Origin: Takakia lepidozioides
Lineage: Eukaryota; Plantae; Bryophyta
Length of the DNA stretch: 64,000 nt
Assembly (NCBI GenBank): GCA_030704615.1
Contig: CM060732.1
Location: 44,206,001 to 44,270,000 of the forward strand
Direction: 5' to 3'
This document shows, in pieces, positions 37,801-50,236 of this stretch (positions are counted from its first letter, which is position 1; every line of letters begins with the position of its first letter). The position numbers and the translations under genes were made by a program. A model generated the notes under the pieces. It was not told the DNA's origin and did no database searches. It saw nothing but the letters and a program-made list of their open reading frames with translations.

Positions 37801-38495
37801 TACCATACTGACAGTAAAAGCAGATTTTCCAGAGCAAAGCGAGATTCTGACTTCACTCAGCAACGGTACAATGCAGTCCACACATTACGATCATAGCAGA
37901 GTTTAGTCAAACTCCCTTTCTCATCCTACAGAAAGAAAACTCACCTTGTCAAGGCTACTGTCCCACCATTGTGAAGTAGCTCTAAAGAACTCCTGCCAGC
38001 GCTGTTCCATGCTCCAGCGATGACCTACACGCCAGCTATACCAATTATCGGCCTTGTCTAACGATCCCGTGCGCTTTCTTCCTTCTTTGCCCACAGTACA
38101 TTCGTTTCTGCTGAATTGCACAAAAGACAATTCCGAGCCTGGATCCGACGGCGCATACATACAACAAAGCGACCCCAAAGAAGGAAAGCTCGAAGTGTTT
38201 CGTGTGATCACCTAATTTGAATGGCATCCCTGCAGGCGCCATAGCCACACAACCCAGTAGAGTCTCCAACCAAATGAGCAGTTGTTTTGGCCCAGTTTAC
38301 ATAGAAGCCCGATGCCTCACAAGAAGTCTCATTGGATTACTGTAACATCGTTGCCCCACACTCCACCTTGCTATGGAGCTCCACTAACCAATGAGTCAAT
38401 ACGCTGCTTGACGTTAGGCCTCTCGCATGATAGCGAGACGACATGGCCTTGCGTTTGTATGGAGTGGGCATGAGAACGCGGGAAGACGCTGCCAT
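34838..38495 (-). pseudogene. Disrupted chimeric gene: transit peptide, three OSB-type PDF motifs, PLS-PPR, E and DYW domains
   Basis: ATG at 38495 (MAASSRVLMPTPYKR). Three PDF motifs, each split by a phase-0 intron (37944-37673, 37395-36868, 36485-36216). PPR from ~36080. DYW domain KDPG...HHSEKLA...RVCGDCH...DYW ends at 34838. Frameshifts near 36085, 35850 and 35300; stops in PDF1 and PDF2. Confidence 0.8.
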
Positions 38496-39334
38496 CCTCG
38501 CCGGTGTGTGAGAAAGAGGGAGTTTTGTACTAGTCTACTAGAGACGGGCCGCCGCCGGGCAGATTTTGGCCGGCAAGCGTAATTTGAGGGTAGCCTCAGG
38601 TGTCGCTATCAAAGCTAAATAAAGATGGCCAGAGAAGGCTTGCAAGTTGCCCCGTGCCACTTGCCAACGAACTATTCTGTGGCTTACTAAACAGAAGGCG
38701 AGGGCGTGCGTGTTGTGGTTGAGTAGACTCGGTGTGTTAACTTAGTAGGAATGTACTTGCAAGTGTGCGCATCCAGCCTTGGAGGCTTACAGAGGGGGGG
38801 GAACTTCCCGTGCCCGTAGCAAAGAAAAGAAGAAGAAGAGGATAATAAATAAGCGGGGAGAGGCCTGAGGAGTCCCACCAAGTGGAATCTAATTTTTTTC
38901 TTCGCATGAGCACCACATGTGAATCCTTTCGTGGGATGAGTGGGGGGCATAAACTTTCTTCAATTTGATACTAATAAAATGTTTGGGCTTCGTACAGGCA
39001 CAGCCACAGCCCAAAAGGCTTTCCAGTGCAATGTTCAACTTCCTACCTTGCCAGGCATGCAGGCGTTGTGGCTGTGTCTACTGTGTGCTGTGTACACCAG
39101 CCAACAGCCTATACTTCCTGAGGTGTATATCCAATGTGGAGGGTATGAACTATGAACATTATATGCTATATGGAAATGTACAGCTGGGCAGTATCAGAGA
39201 CCGGGGTCAGTAAGTATTTAGATGGCAGGATGTACTGGGATGCGTAAATAACTATCTTAAGGTCGTCCTGCTTCTACTGTTCACATGGCCAACCCCTGAA
39301 AGAAGGCCCATAGAAGCTGAGATCTTCCTACACC

Positions 39335-42300
39335 TTAGCCAAAGCGGGGTTGACGCTGCCCAAATGGACGAGATTCAGGTTGGGACTGGTTACGAAGCGC
39401 GATACGCTCATCTTCCAAAATGTTCAAGTTGGGTGCCAGCAACCGTGTGTAACGGTCGAAGTAGAGCAGCTGCTTCAGCAGCAGCCCAAACTCACGGGGA
39501 AACCTCAACCCATATGCCTCACTTGCCCCTATCTGCAAACAGATTTGTAGTTCAATGAGTTAGCATGCTGGGAGCCATCAAGGAAAACAAAATCAGTAGC
39601 TGTGGAACTCCTTTCTCCCCCTCCTCAGCGAGACCCCTTCAAACTCTGGCAGGACTGCCTAGGTGCTCAAGACAACTTGCAGCCCCCACTGTCATTCAGA
39701 AGGAAAAGCAAATTTATCATATTTTGTCACTTACCACAAGTTTCCCAACTAATAATACTGCAAAATGAGTACATAAAAGCTCGTTGATAGTGCACATGGT
39801 ACAGGAATAACCAGAGCCATGCCTTCTGCTTGGATAATCAACAGTGGAATGCCAAATGCTGGTGCTGCAGCAGATGTGTACTCATGAAGATGCAAAGATT
39901 CTCAATGTTATATAAAAAAGGAGAGACCAGTAGTCATTGCAGAGGATATCTAAGATGATTGTCAGATTGAGTTGAGCCATAGGTCTGTACCACATCAAGC
40001 AGGAGGGCGTTGATCTGCTGCTCATCAACTGCCAAGGTAGCAGCGACAGTGGTGCTGCGTGGGCCTCCAGCTGTGGTGATCAACACCTCTGTGTCGATTT
40101 CCTACAGCACGGAGACAACCCGTGAGCTGAATTCTGGTGCTTGTGGGACATACACAGGATGCCAGAGCTCAGATTTACACATTTATTGTGTCATCTATTT
40201 GACAACTTTCCTCCTCCCAGAAGTGTGACTCTCTTACCTCCGATCTTTTTTCCCAACGTTTCACGATTGGTATCAGAAATGAATGGAGAAGTTACAGAAC
40301 ATCCAGAACTCCTAAATTTCAACACAGCCACATTCTGCTTACTTAGCATGGTCAACACAAACAGTACTTTGGTTACATCTCTGGTAAGATCCAGGAGTTA
40401 TCCAGCTATCTTCTACGTAAACCACTTTTGATCGAATCTGAGGTTCTGTGTCAGCTTCCACTGGCAAAGCGAAAAGACATGCAATCAACCTTGCAGAAAG
40501 TACCTGCACAGCCGTAAAAATCTTCTCAAGGTCTCTAGCAAAGCTGGAAATGTCTACAGTTGTATCTGTTGCACCCATTTGCACCAAGGCTCTTGCCATT
40601 GCAGTGTATTGCCCATTTCCAACTGATGTCAAAAAGATTTCCATGGCTGCCCATGTTGCAGGAGATATGCGCCCCACAATGCCTGCATGCATGCCAAAAA
40701 TGCAAATCAGCATTATTAGCTACTTTTATGTCGAAGAACATTTCCCTTGCTCATCAAGAGAAAATACTTACTGATAGCACGAAGGACCACTGGTCATAGC
40801 ATCAACCAAGGTGGAGAGCAATGCTTGACACATGTACACGTTGGAGGAAAATTGTCACATCGATTGCACAGCGGTCTTAACCCATATAATGAAGACATGA
40901 TGCAGTTTATTGACATCAACAAAATAAATTCCTGCAACATCCCCTCCCTGCCCCAGTTTTAACCTGCAAGCATTGACAAGATCTCTCTAGCAACAAGTGG
41001 TTAGCTTGCTGAGAAGATGATCTCACCAAAGTCAATGAAACCCACTCGTCCATCTCTGAGCACCAACAAGTTGCCAGCATGAACATCTGCATGAAATGTT
41101 TCACATGCTAGCAAACTCCCAAACCTGCAGCCTCGAATAAATGACCACTCCTCAGCAATGCATATACTGCCATCAACCTGCACAAAACCTTCCATACTGA
41201 CATAGTGCTTTTTCTGAACAGAGCACATCCCATGTTTCTTCTGATACATGCATAGGAAGGTCCTCAACTGAAATATGTATTGTGGAAAGCCACAAGAACA
41301 AACTCAGTTACATGACATACAAAATCTTGACTTTAACCTAAACTGCTACTTTCACCAACCTTGCTGACCTAGTCCAAAGCCTTGTCAACCATGACCATCA
41401 GAATAAAATGGTCCTAGAGTGCTGAAAAAAAACCTAAACAGAGGACAGTAAAACTTACCAAACATTGAGAGCAGAGATTAGTGTGGCCTCAGGACTAGAG
41501 ACGATTGAGCGAATTGAATCCAAGTCTGTGAGAGGAACTCCGAAAAAACGTTCCATAGTGAGAACACGTTGCGTGCTGCAATGCCGATAAACAAACGGCG
41601 CAGTGGCCTGGTTTGCAAGTCCCATGGCGTCCACATAGTTTCTAAAGGCTTCAATATTGACAGCCTCCTTCCTAAAGTCCACCTCTTCCAGCATAGATGC
41701 CCTTATATCTCCAACAATCCCCACCTGAGCTAAGTATCACAGATCGCCCCATTCAGATCAGAAACTGCTAAGTCCACAACAAGCCAGCCTTCCCATGTGT
41801 CAATAGATGTAGAGATCACTCAGTACAATGGGAAAGATTGAGAAAACAAACCCTAGTTTTGCAATTACAACAGACTCTGATCGGAGACTCAAAGACAAAC
41901 TGAAACCTACATGGTGTGCAGGCAAGGGAGTCCACAAGCAAGCCACACATACCTTTTACTCACAGTCAGTATCCCTGAAACCAAACCTAACAAGCCTAAC
42001 AAGACACATACACAAATACATTGACCGTAGACAGAGGGAGATGCCTTTGCATAGATGCAAAAGGTAGTAAGTCGGAGATATTGCAATTTAAAATGGGAAA
42101 GCAACACAAACCAGAGATGTGCGGCTCAGTTGTGGATTTAAAAACTCCAAAACACGAGCAGTGACATATAGGAAATTGAGGTCAGCTGTCAAAATGTCTT
42201 CCACTCCAGGCTTCAGCACTTTGATCACTACCTCCTTCTGAGTCCCTGTTAGCCTTGCTGAATGGACCTGCATTTGCAAAGTATACATCAAGTCCGGGTA

Positions 42301-44640
42301 CATGATGCTTTTAAGTTCAGTGTCACTACAACTACTTAAAAGGCACTTAAAAGTTGTTGATATTGATGAGGTTTCCATGGGCTTGCCTGACCCGAGAGTC
42401 ACCGTCACATGATTTAGGGAATCCCCTCCACAACACTACAGCTGTACACAAGGAGCTGCACCATTTTATATAACAGTAAGGATTGATACATCCTCCCAAG
42501 ATTACCTGGGCAACAGAAGCAGAGGCAAGTGGTTGTGGATCAATGAATTCATAGACGTCTTCCAAAGGACGGCCAAGCTCTTTACGAATGATGGACTGGA
42601 TCTCACCAAACGGTATGGGCGGTGTCTTGTCAAGACAGCTTTGAAACTCCTTCACATACTCTGCCGGAAACAGTGTTGGAGCCGATGCAATAAACTGTCC
42701 ACCCACCGATCCATTAATAAGCATATCTTTACAGAGCTGCAAACTTACAGCTTGGGAGAGGATCCAAAGTGAACTTGTTCCATGTTGAAATTCCTGATTG
42801 GCATTAATTTTGTCCTTACAGATTTCTATTTGCCCGCCAACATCTTTCCCAGCCAATTCCTACTGCTTGTCCTGTTCCCTTGTCTTCACAACTGATTAGA
42901 ACACTATCCCCAGAAACCTCATCGGATTGTAAAGGCTAAACAGTCACTACCAAGAGTACATTTGTGAACTGAGTTCTGGTGACTGCAAACCACCAAGACA
43001 TGTGGATTGTAAGAAGATGCTCCTGTGAATATTTGAGAGTTGTTAAATCAGATTCTCTCAGTGAGTAGAACAGTCAAAAGTAAAAGCAGGGCAGAACCCA
43101 AGCTATATGGAGCAGACCTGACCCAGCTTGATGTAAGTTGCACCAAGCCGCTCAAACAGTCGTCGCAGTTCCATGGGACCAGGAGGATTGAAAGATAATG
43201 TAGGCCTTTCACTTGGCAATGCTTCCACTGATGGGGTCTGCACCCCTCACACGTACAATCCAACAGTCCATGAAGTATGTTCTACAGCAGAGCGTCAGGA
43301 TATATGCTTCATCCTGGAGAGATGCTATGCCCCTTGCATATGTCGTCTTTCACTCACCGTACAGGTCACCGGGGGTTGCTTCTTAATTTTGAAAAATTTG
43401 GGTGGAACTTTTTGGGGTACACACAAAAGCAAAAAGTGTCAGTACCCGGTAGAATTTTAGAAGATAATCACTGCCCACAGTCACAACAGCCTCAACACCT
43501 TGTGCCAGGCGGATGACACCTCGTGGTCCAGTGCTGATAGCAGTGCGCACCACATCTTCCACAAGCTGGTTCAGCTCCTTCAACCGGTCTGCTGCATGCA
43601 TGAAGGTAACCACCCATCAGTATCTCTCTTCTAACATTCTCCCAAGAACTCAAGAAGACCTTGGTGTGATCCTGAAAATTGGCCATAAGATCTATTTAGA
43701 TTTTTCACTTCGATGGGTCATCCGTCCATTTCGTTATATTCACTGTTGTACAGCCACTCTAAGTTACGGCTACTGATACTTCAGTTTCTCAGTAGCGATA
43801 AGTGGATTTGGATTTGCTGCAGGGCCTTGCCTAGGAATCATAGTTCATACTCCTGAAAGTGTAGTTTTGAGCTTGGAGATGTCCCGCTTGCAAATATCTA
43901 CAAACCTGTTCTCGAGGGGTTCCCCTGTGTTGGAATTGTTGATGCAGATCGTGCCCTCACGGATAGCCTTGCTGGAGCCCAACTTACTCGTGCACACCTA
44001 CCCTCCTGCCACTACTCCAGCCACAAAGGATTCAGATTACTAGCAGCTTTCGAGGCCACTGTCCGCCCTTTTTTTTTGGTTTGCCATTCAAGTGACCAAT
44101 GGCCATTAACTGCCTTGCGTGAACACTGTCATGGATTTTCTTCTTTCAAATTTAGAAATGTCGTATTCAAATCCTTGTTGTGCATAGCCTATCAAAGCAC
44201 GATTAAAAAGAAGAAACAACTAACCAATTCTCGTTCCATTCCGTCCACAATTTTGATGTGATTCCAAGTGACAACAAGGCCCACTCAATCACCCCGCAGT
44301 GCTGAAATAGCTTGCCATCAATTTCTGAGCTCTAGAGCATACGTTGAAACTAGATAGAAAGGAATGCACAAACGTGATTTCTACGAAGCACAGAAGATCG
44401 CGCCGTTCAAGGTGGCTGACCAAGTCTGGTTCTAAGATAAAAGAATTACGAGCTGGGAATGTCATGGAGCAAGAATGAGAATAGACATAAAAAACCAAGC
44501 AGGAAAAAATTGAGCAGATAAATCCAGGAGCAGGAAACATGGAATGGAGATTGACATACTTTGGATTGAGGAAGCAGAGCCGACGTCAGGCGCGTAGTCT
44601 TGGACATTGCAAGGTTGGCCATGGTTGCTGTGGCCTGCAT
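39335..44640 (-). CDS. ABC1K9: ABC1/AarF atypical kinase, plastid At5g05200-like
   Basis: Exons include 43237-43118, 42694-42506, 42267-42112, 41724-41459, 41124-41027, 40682-40504, 40101-39991 and 39532-39335. Motifs GATYIKLGQFIASAPTLFP, ASASVAQVH, VVIKV, FHADVHAGN, DFGIVGR, FPREFGLLLKQLLYFDRY. The 5' (transit peptide) exons are less certain. Confidence 0.9.
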
Positions 44641-45673
44641 TCCCTGCTCTCACAGCCTTTCCTCTCCACTGCTTCCTCACCAACCTCGCAGCGGTAATAG
44701 GAATTCCACAATAACCAATGATATACCAACTAACCAATGATATACCCGTTGAAAATGACGTGAAATTATTTTGGGCCAGCAGGCAAAAGCGACTAGTTCG
44801 ACCCCAGAATGTGGGGATTTTTAAAACGTTTCTTACCTATCTGCGGCAACAGATGTTTCCTACCATAAGCGGCATCCGACATGCCTTTTTAGCATTCACA
44901 TCCTCACCAAGAAATAAAACAGGTTTGTGAAACAGTCGAACTTATTACTTTTTGAATAAGGGTAGCCGGTGACCTTCTGTACCTACCATACTATATGTAT
45001 CTAGTATCTACCTATAAACCCAAGCGTTCCAGCAGCAGATGATATTACTTTTTTTTCTAGAAGCGGGCCCAGTACCAAGGAGATTTTATCGTGGCGGAGT
45101 GTCTTCAGTTACGGGTAACTCCAAGGCATCGGTACTTTTTGGCCTTACTCCATCTGCAGTGTTGCAGAAAGTGACAGCTTCCGGGACGCTTAGGGCTGGT
45201 TCAGGGGACCGATCTGCACAGGATGCAACAGCTTCTTGCCTTCAAGATGACAGCTGCGTGGGGATATTTGTGGAGGTGCAATCGACCCTTGCATGTTGTG
45301 AGCGGGTCCTGGCCCAAAAACCCCTCCTGGACTTATAGAGCTTTCCGACCTTTTCCAGCTCGAAGCTTCGGCAACTCACCGGCATGTGTTGTAATCTCGG
45401 GCCTTGAAATCAGAGAAGAATGTTTAGTATGCGCCCCAAAACGGAATTCGTTTTCTGGTTGTCAAGAATGGAAATGGATCAATCAGGGACTGCCAGCGTG
45501 ATGTAATGACGACCGTACAACTTTGGCTCTGAACGTCCCTTTTAAGATTAACAGGAAGGAGATGACCCTCAATTTAAGTAGCCTAGGAGCACTGCGTACA
45601 CAATGGAAGTGTGTACAGGAACAGGAAGCCAGATTTGTCGGTAAGATGACCCTTTTATGCCTCCATATATCAC

Positions 45674-48600
45674 TCATCTGGTTGGAATCACAGGAGGGCT
45701 AAGCAAGAGGTTGGGGAGGCTTGTTAAGTATAGTTGTCTTAGTTCAAGTTCATTCCTCTTTGGCAAACTCTTTTGACAGTCATCCTCTGCCCTCTTGCTC
45801 ATATAATGTGACAAATTGAATTCTGTGGGAATCCTCAGTGTGCTAAAGGTGGAGTGAAATACACCAATTGAACTGAATCTCAACTGAGCTAGCTAGCGAG
45901 TGAATTGAACTTACCGAAACTGCAGACTCTCCTTCGCAAGCAAAGCTAACTTGGAATGACAGCCACGTTCATGCACTAGCGGACAGTACATCTGAACCCC
46001 AATCTGCAAAAATACATGTTGGAGATGATTGCGTCAATCCACCTATCAATGACAAGTAAACGACCCTGTTATATATTGCGCACCCGCCTTTCTCTCTGAG
46101 CAGATCAGAAACAGAACCAGTGAAGAAAGTGGCAACTGAAACTAGTACATCCAGGTCTCTGAAGTGTGTCTTGATTGAACCAGCCTTAGGGTGCTTAAAA
46201 GTTAAGCATTGCTGCAGGCCAATCGTTCCTAGTAGCGCCTCCGAGCCAATTGAAGGATTTGTGGGTGCTGAGATACCCTACACAGGTTGGTTGGCCAACC
46301 TTGGACAAAGACATAGAGACTGATTGTTTTATGTGGTCAGGCACATTCACTCCAAATGACTCTCCTGTAGCTCGTGGAGCTGGAAGAACCTCTTCTGCCA
46401 CTGCTATTCTCTGCAAAGCAGGAAACCAGAGGAACTTGTTTAGACCAGCCCCAAGCTGTCCCTCTCTTCACCATAGTATGCCTGCACATAAGGCTTTGCA
46501 AAGAGGTGGACCCTACACTGTGCTTGCAAAACCAATACCAGTCTGAATAACATGCTTACAAAGAAGAATTCCAGCTTACCTTAGCTACAAAGGAGTGGCC
46601 ATGCCCAACCGGTATGAGCGCATAGTAGCAGAGCAATGAGCTTTCTGTTCCAGTCTCAATGTCAAATGTTGATGTACAGAGAAGACCAGAATCCCGATTA
46701 TGAAGATCTTGGCAGAGGGCAACAAAGACTGCAACCAACAATCCAACAGAAGAAAAAATGAACATAATTTATCTCAAAAGAAAGGACAAAGCCACCTACA
46801 TTTGCGCAAAAGATGTGTGCCTGATGGATCAGAGGAAAGAGCCTTACTCTGCTCATTCTTTTCCAAGCCTTCTGACTCTCCAGAAGCCACGTCTACCTCA
46901 AAGTCAAAGGAAGGCACCACCGTATGGGGCAAGCCAAACAAAAGTCCTTCATGCCAGCAAACAACTTTCAGCCAATGACCTAACACTAGACTCAAGAGGC
47001 CTTGTCAAAACAAGTTGTCACGTGTCCACAAATTCAAATAGTATGATACATTTTCATCCCGAGTATTGCGCATACAGTCTTTAGCATGCATGTTTAACAG
47101 GGAAGTAGATAGTCATTAAAACTCCTACTTGCGCATTTGAGATTATGGATTTTGTTACCTTCATCCACAGTGTTCAGTGCTAGGCAACTGACAACCTTAT
47201 AAGTCACAGGAGGTCCACTGTGGTGGTATGTCGTAGGAGGAAGTGGGGGATTTTTAAAAGATGGCAGGTAGAAGACAGTATCAAAACCAACGAGGATGGC
47301 ATGGCCAGCCACGTCATGGGGATCCAACTCTTGACCTGTGACTGAGCATACCATTCTGCCAGCTCTACCATCCAAGCAACCTGCTGCCTCCAGCACTTTC
47401 CCATGGCACCTGCAAGTCTGCTATGTCCAACGTTCTTAGTCCTAAGTTTCAGTTGGTCCTTACTGGGAAAAACCTCAAGGGAAATTAGTATTTTAACAAA
47501 ACAAAGGCTTTCAACCTGCTCAAAACCATCAACCTGTAATTAGTTCAGCTCATGGACATAACTACCTGGCATGGTTTTATGGTATCCAGGAGTTGCACAA
47601 CTGCTGGATGAAATGAGCAGAATACTGTTCTAACAGCATCTCCAAGAGCTTCGGAAAATACAAGAGCAACCTCAACAGGTCCCTCGTTATCGGTGACAAG
47701 TTCTTGGAACCATCGCTTGGCAAGATGAGACAAAAGCCAGGGATCTGCAAAAACAGAAAACAACTATAAGGAAACCCCAATCAGCTGTCAGTTCTTTTAT
47801 TCATTCTCATATTGACTTCACTAAAAAGGTCGAGATGATTCATTGGCACAAAGTCTCTTCTATATCCTCGGCACTGCACTTTGAGAATCATAACTGCCGA
47901 GCTTCAATAGTATTAGCTATCAGAAAGTTCATAATCAACAGTACTGACAAGGACCCAGAGCTGCTAGAATCAGGAAAAAGAAAAATTTGAACAAGAGCTG
48001 AGGATTTCACTAACCCCATTGCAATCTTTGCAGGGTGCAATTCTCAAACTCTGAGACACCTCTTAAAAAATCTAGCATGGCTTCTCCTTGAGGAGGCTCA
48101 AGCTGCTCAGTTGCCCTACTCTCTGCTTGCTCAATTTGAATGAACTCAATTTCCACAAGCTGATCAGCTGCTTCCTTCAGTACTGGCCAACATAACAAAG
48201 TCAAGCCACACCCAAACCATGTCCCCACAGAAACTGAAAAAAAATAGGGTTGCTATGGACAAAGCTTGTCTGAACACATGTAAACTCAAAGATTCTGTTC
48301 AGTTTCACAAAAACAATCCACTGGAATTCTGCAGGCATGGAGCGATCACTAGAGGGAATTCAAACCCAGTCCAGTTGGAGGTGGTTTTGAAACATTATTT
48401 TATCTGGGAACTCAAACTCTCTCCAAGGAAGAGTCAGGTGATTTTGAAGGATTTCTTGTCTTTGGGAACTTGAACTCTCTCAAGATAATCAAATTCCTGA
48501 GATTTATGACTTGCACACTGTGCAGCTTCCCAGCAGATTCTGGCATTCATGCATAGTTCTATTGAACACAGGGTGCTCTACTTTTACACTGGAACACACA

Positions 48601-50236
48601 AATGTTGATACACCAGTATAATCTGCCTGATTGATGCAGAGTTCTCCCAGCTATGCATGAACAACACGTAGAAGACTCTGCATTGCACTGGAATACAAGA
48701 ATGTTGACGCACCTGTATTGTCTGTCTGATTGAAGCATAGCTATCCTTGAACTGGCTGCTTAACATCACCACCTTCTTGATAACCTCTGACTTGCCCCAA
48801 GACAAAATTCCGTCCTCACCGTTGAGCAGTTCGGAGAGGCTTGACACTACCAGACATTTCCAAAACTTTCTTAGCCTTCACTATTCATCGAGAACACAAA
48901 CATGGAAGCAAAGAAGTAATGAGGCCCATTGCCCAAGAGACAAAAACAGAGACAGAAAGAACTCCAAGAGAGAGATAACTTCATTACATCCACTATGCTC
49001 GCGAAAGAAGTGCATTGAGGCCATAAACCTGAGTGTGACTGTTTGCTTAAACACTAAGTTTGAGGAACACACGTGAAAACAGTTTCCCACACCCGGGAGA
49101 CAAAGTTATATACGGCAACAGAAAGTGAGAATCCTACAGTAGACAGGAGCAGTCACACTGTGTGGTCTGACTTAAAGCTTTAGCAAACAAATAGTCTGCT
49201 CATGTCAACTTTTCCAGATTTCAAAGGTTTTCGGAAAGCATGCAGAGATTGCTGCCTTGCCTTGACAGTAGCCAGTTGGAACTCCGGTGGCTTGACAATT
49301 CAAGGACAAGGAGTCCACAATGATAGCAGGTATGCTTGAGACTCGATGTTGGAAATCTCTCAAATCAAAATTACCTTTTGGAGCATAAATCACCTGGAGC
49401 TGCATGCCATGAGCCTGTTAGGTGTCTGTTCTTGGAACAATTCATCTCACTTTCTGCTGTTGAGCAAGTGCTGCTTGCTGCTTGTCTTGCAGGAAGGCAT
49501 ACTATCCACCTATAGTAACGGACTAGTACAACTCAAAACCATGGAGATAGAGGTGCAAGCTTTCAAGAAACAAAGGTACCGTTGTTTACCTTATATATTC
49601 CACTGCCACATTCTCTGCGTGTACAACAGCAAACACCAATGCTGTTGGAAGTAGCAGATCCTGAACAGCGTTTTGACGTCCTAAGGGCGTACAGGTTTCC
49701 TAACTGCAGCAGACACTAAATGCCATCCCATTGATTGTCATGAGTGAGAACCAGATTCAAGCAGTTTGAAGTTGGTTCAACAAAGGTGACTGATGAAAAG
49801 AACGAATGAAATGAAATGGTACTTTCTAACGTCCGCAGGAAGCTCAAAGAGATTATGGGAGAAAGGAAGAAAGAGAAAGAAACTTTATAAGTCCACGGAA
49901 AGCTCAGACAGCTTATGGGACAAATGAAAGCAGGACACAATAAAGAATGTAGGGCCCTGAACAAGCGGCCAAAAACAACTATTCAACATTAACGTTAAGA
50001 GAAAGAAAGGCAGAAAGAAAAGAATTATGCATCGACGGAGTCAGAGAGAGAGAGAAATCCAAGAGCTAATCCATCAAGTGTTGTCCGAAGATGAAGACAG
50101 AAGAAGAGAGAGGATCAAGGAAAAAATTGACACGACTTGAGAACTCCAAAGAGACCTGGAAGTGAACCTGCTTGAGGGCCGTTAGCAATGCCGGATGGAA
50201 TGATGCCACATCTAGCACGAAGCATAAAAGTACCAT
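45674..50236 (-). CDS. Conserved uncharacterised plant protein, M1AP-like by motif resemblance
   Basis: Exon 1 at 50236-50168 (MVLLCFVLDVASFHPALLTALKQ) splices to 49715 (CLLQLGNLYAL). Later exons encode YAPKGNFDLRDFQHRV, WLLSHLAKRWFQEL, CSVTGQELDPHDV...FYLPSF, FVALCQDLHNRDSGLLC...CYYALIP, MQRIAVAEEVLP and YCPLVHERGCHSKL. The 3' end is uncertain. Confidence 0.7.
49803..49926 (-). mobile_element. Intronic copies of an RTE-like LINE/SINE 3' terminus
   Basis: Matches 59700-59765 and 59961-60025. On the minus strand it reads TCCCATAAG...GGACGTTATAAAG followed by a (CATTT)n tail. Confidence 0.6.
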
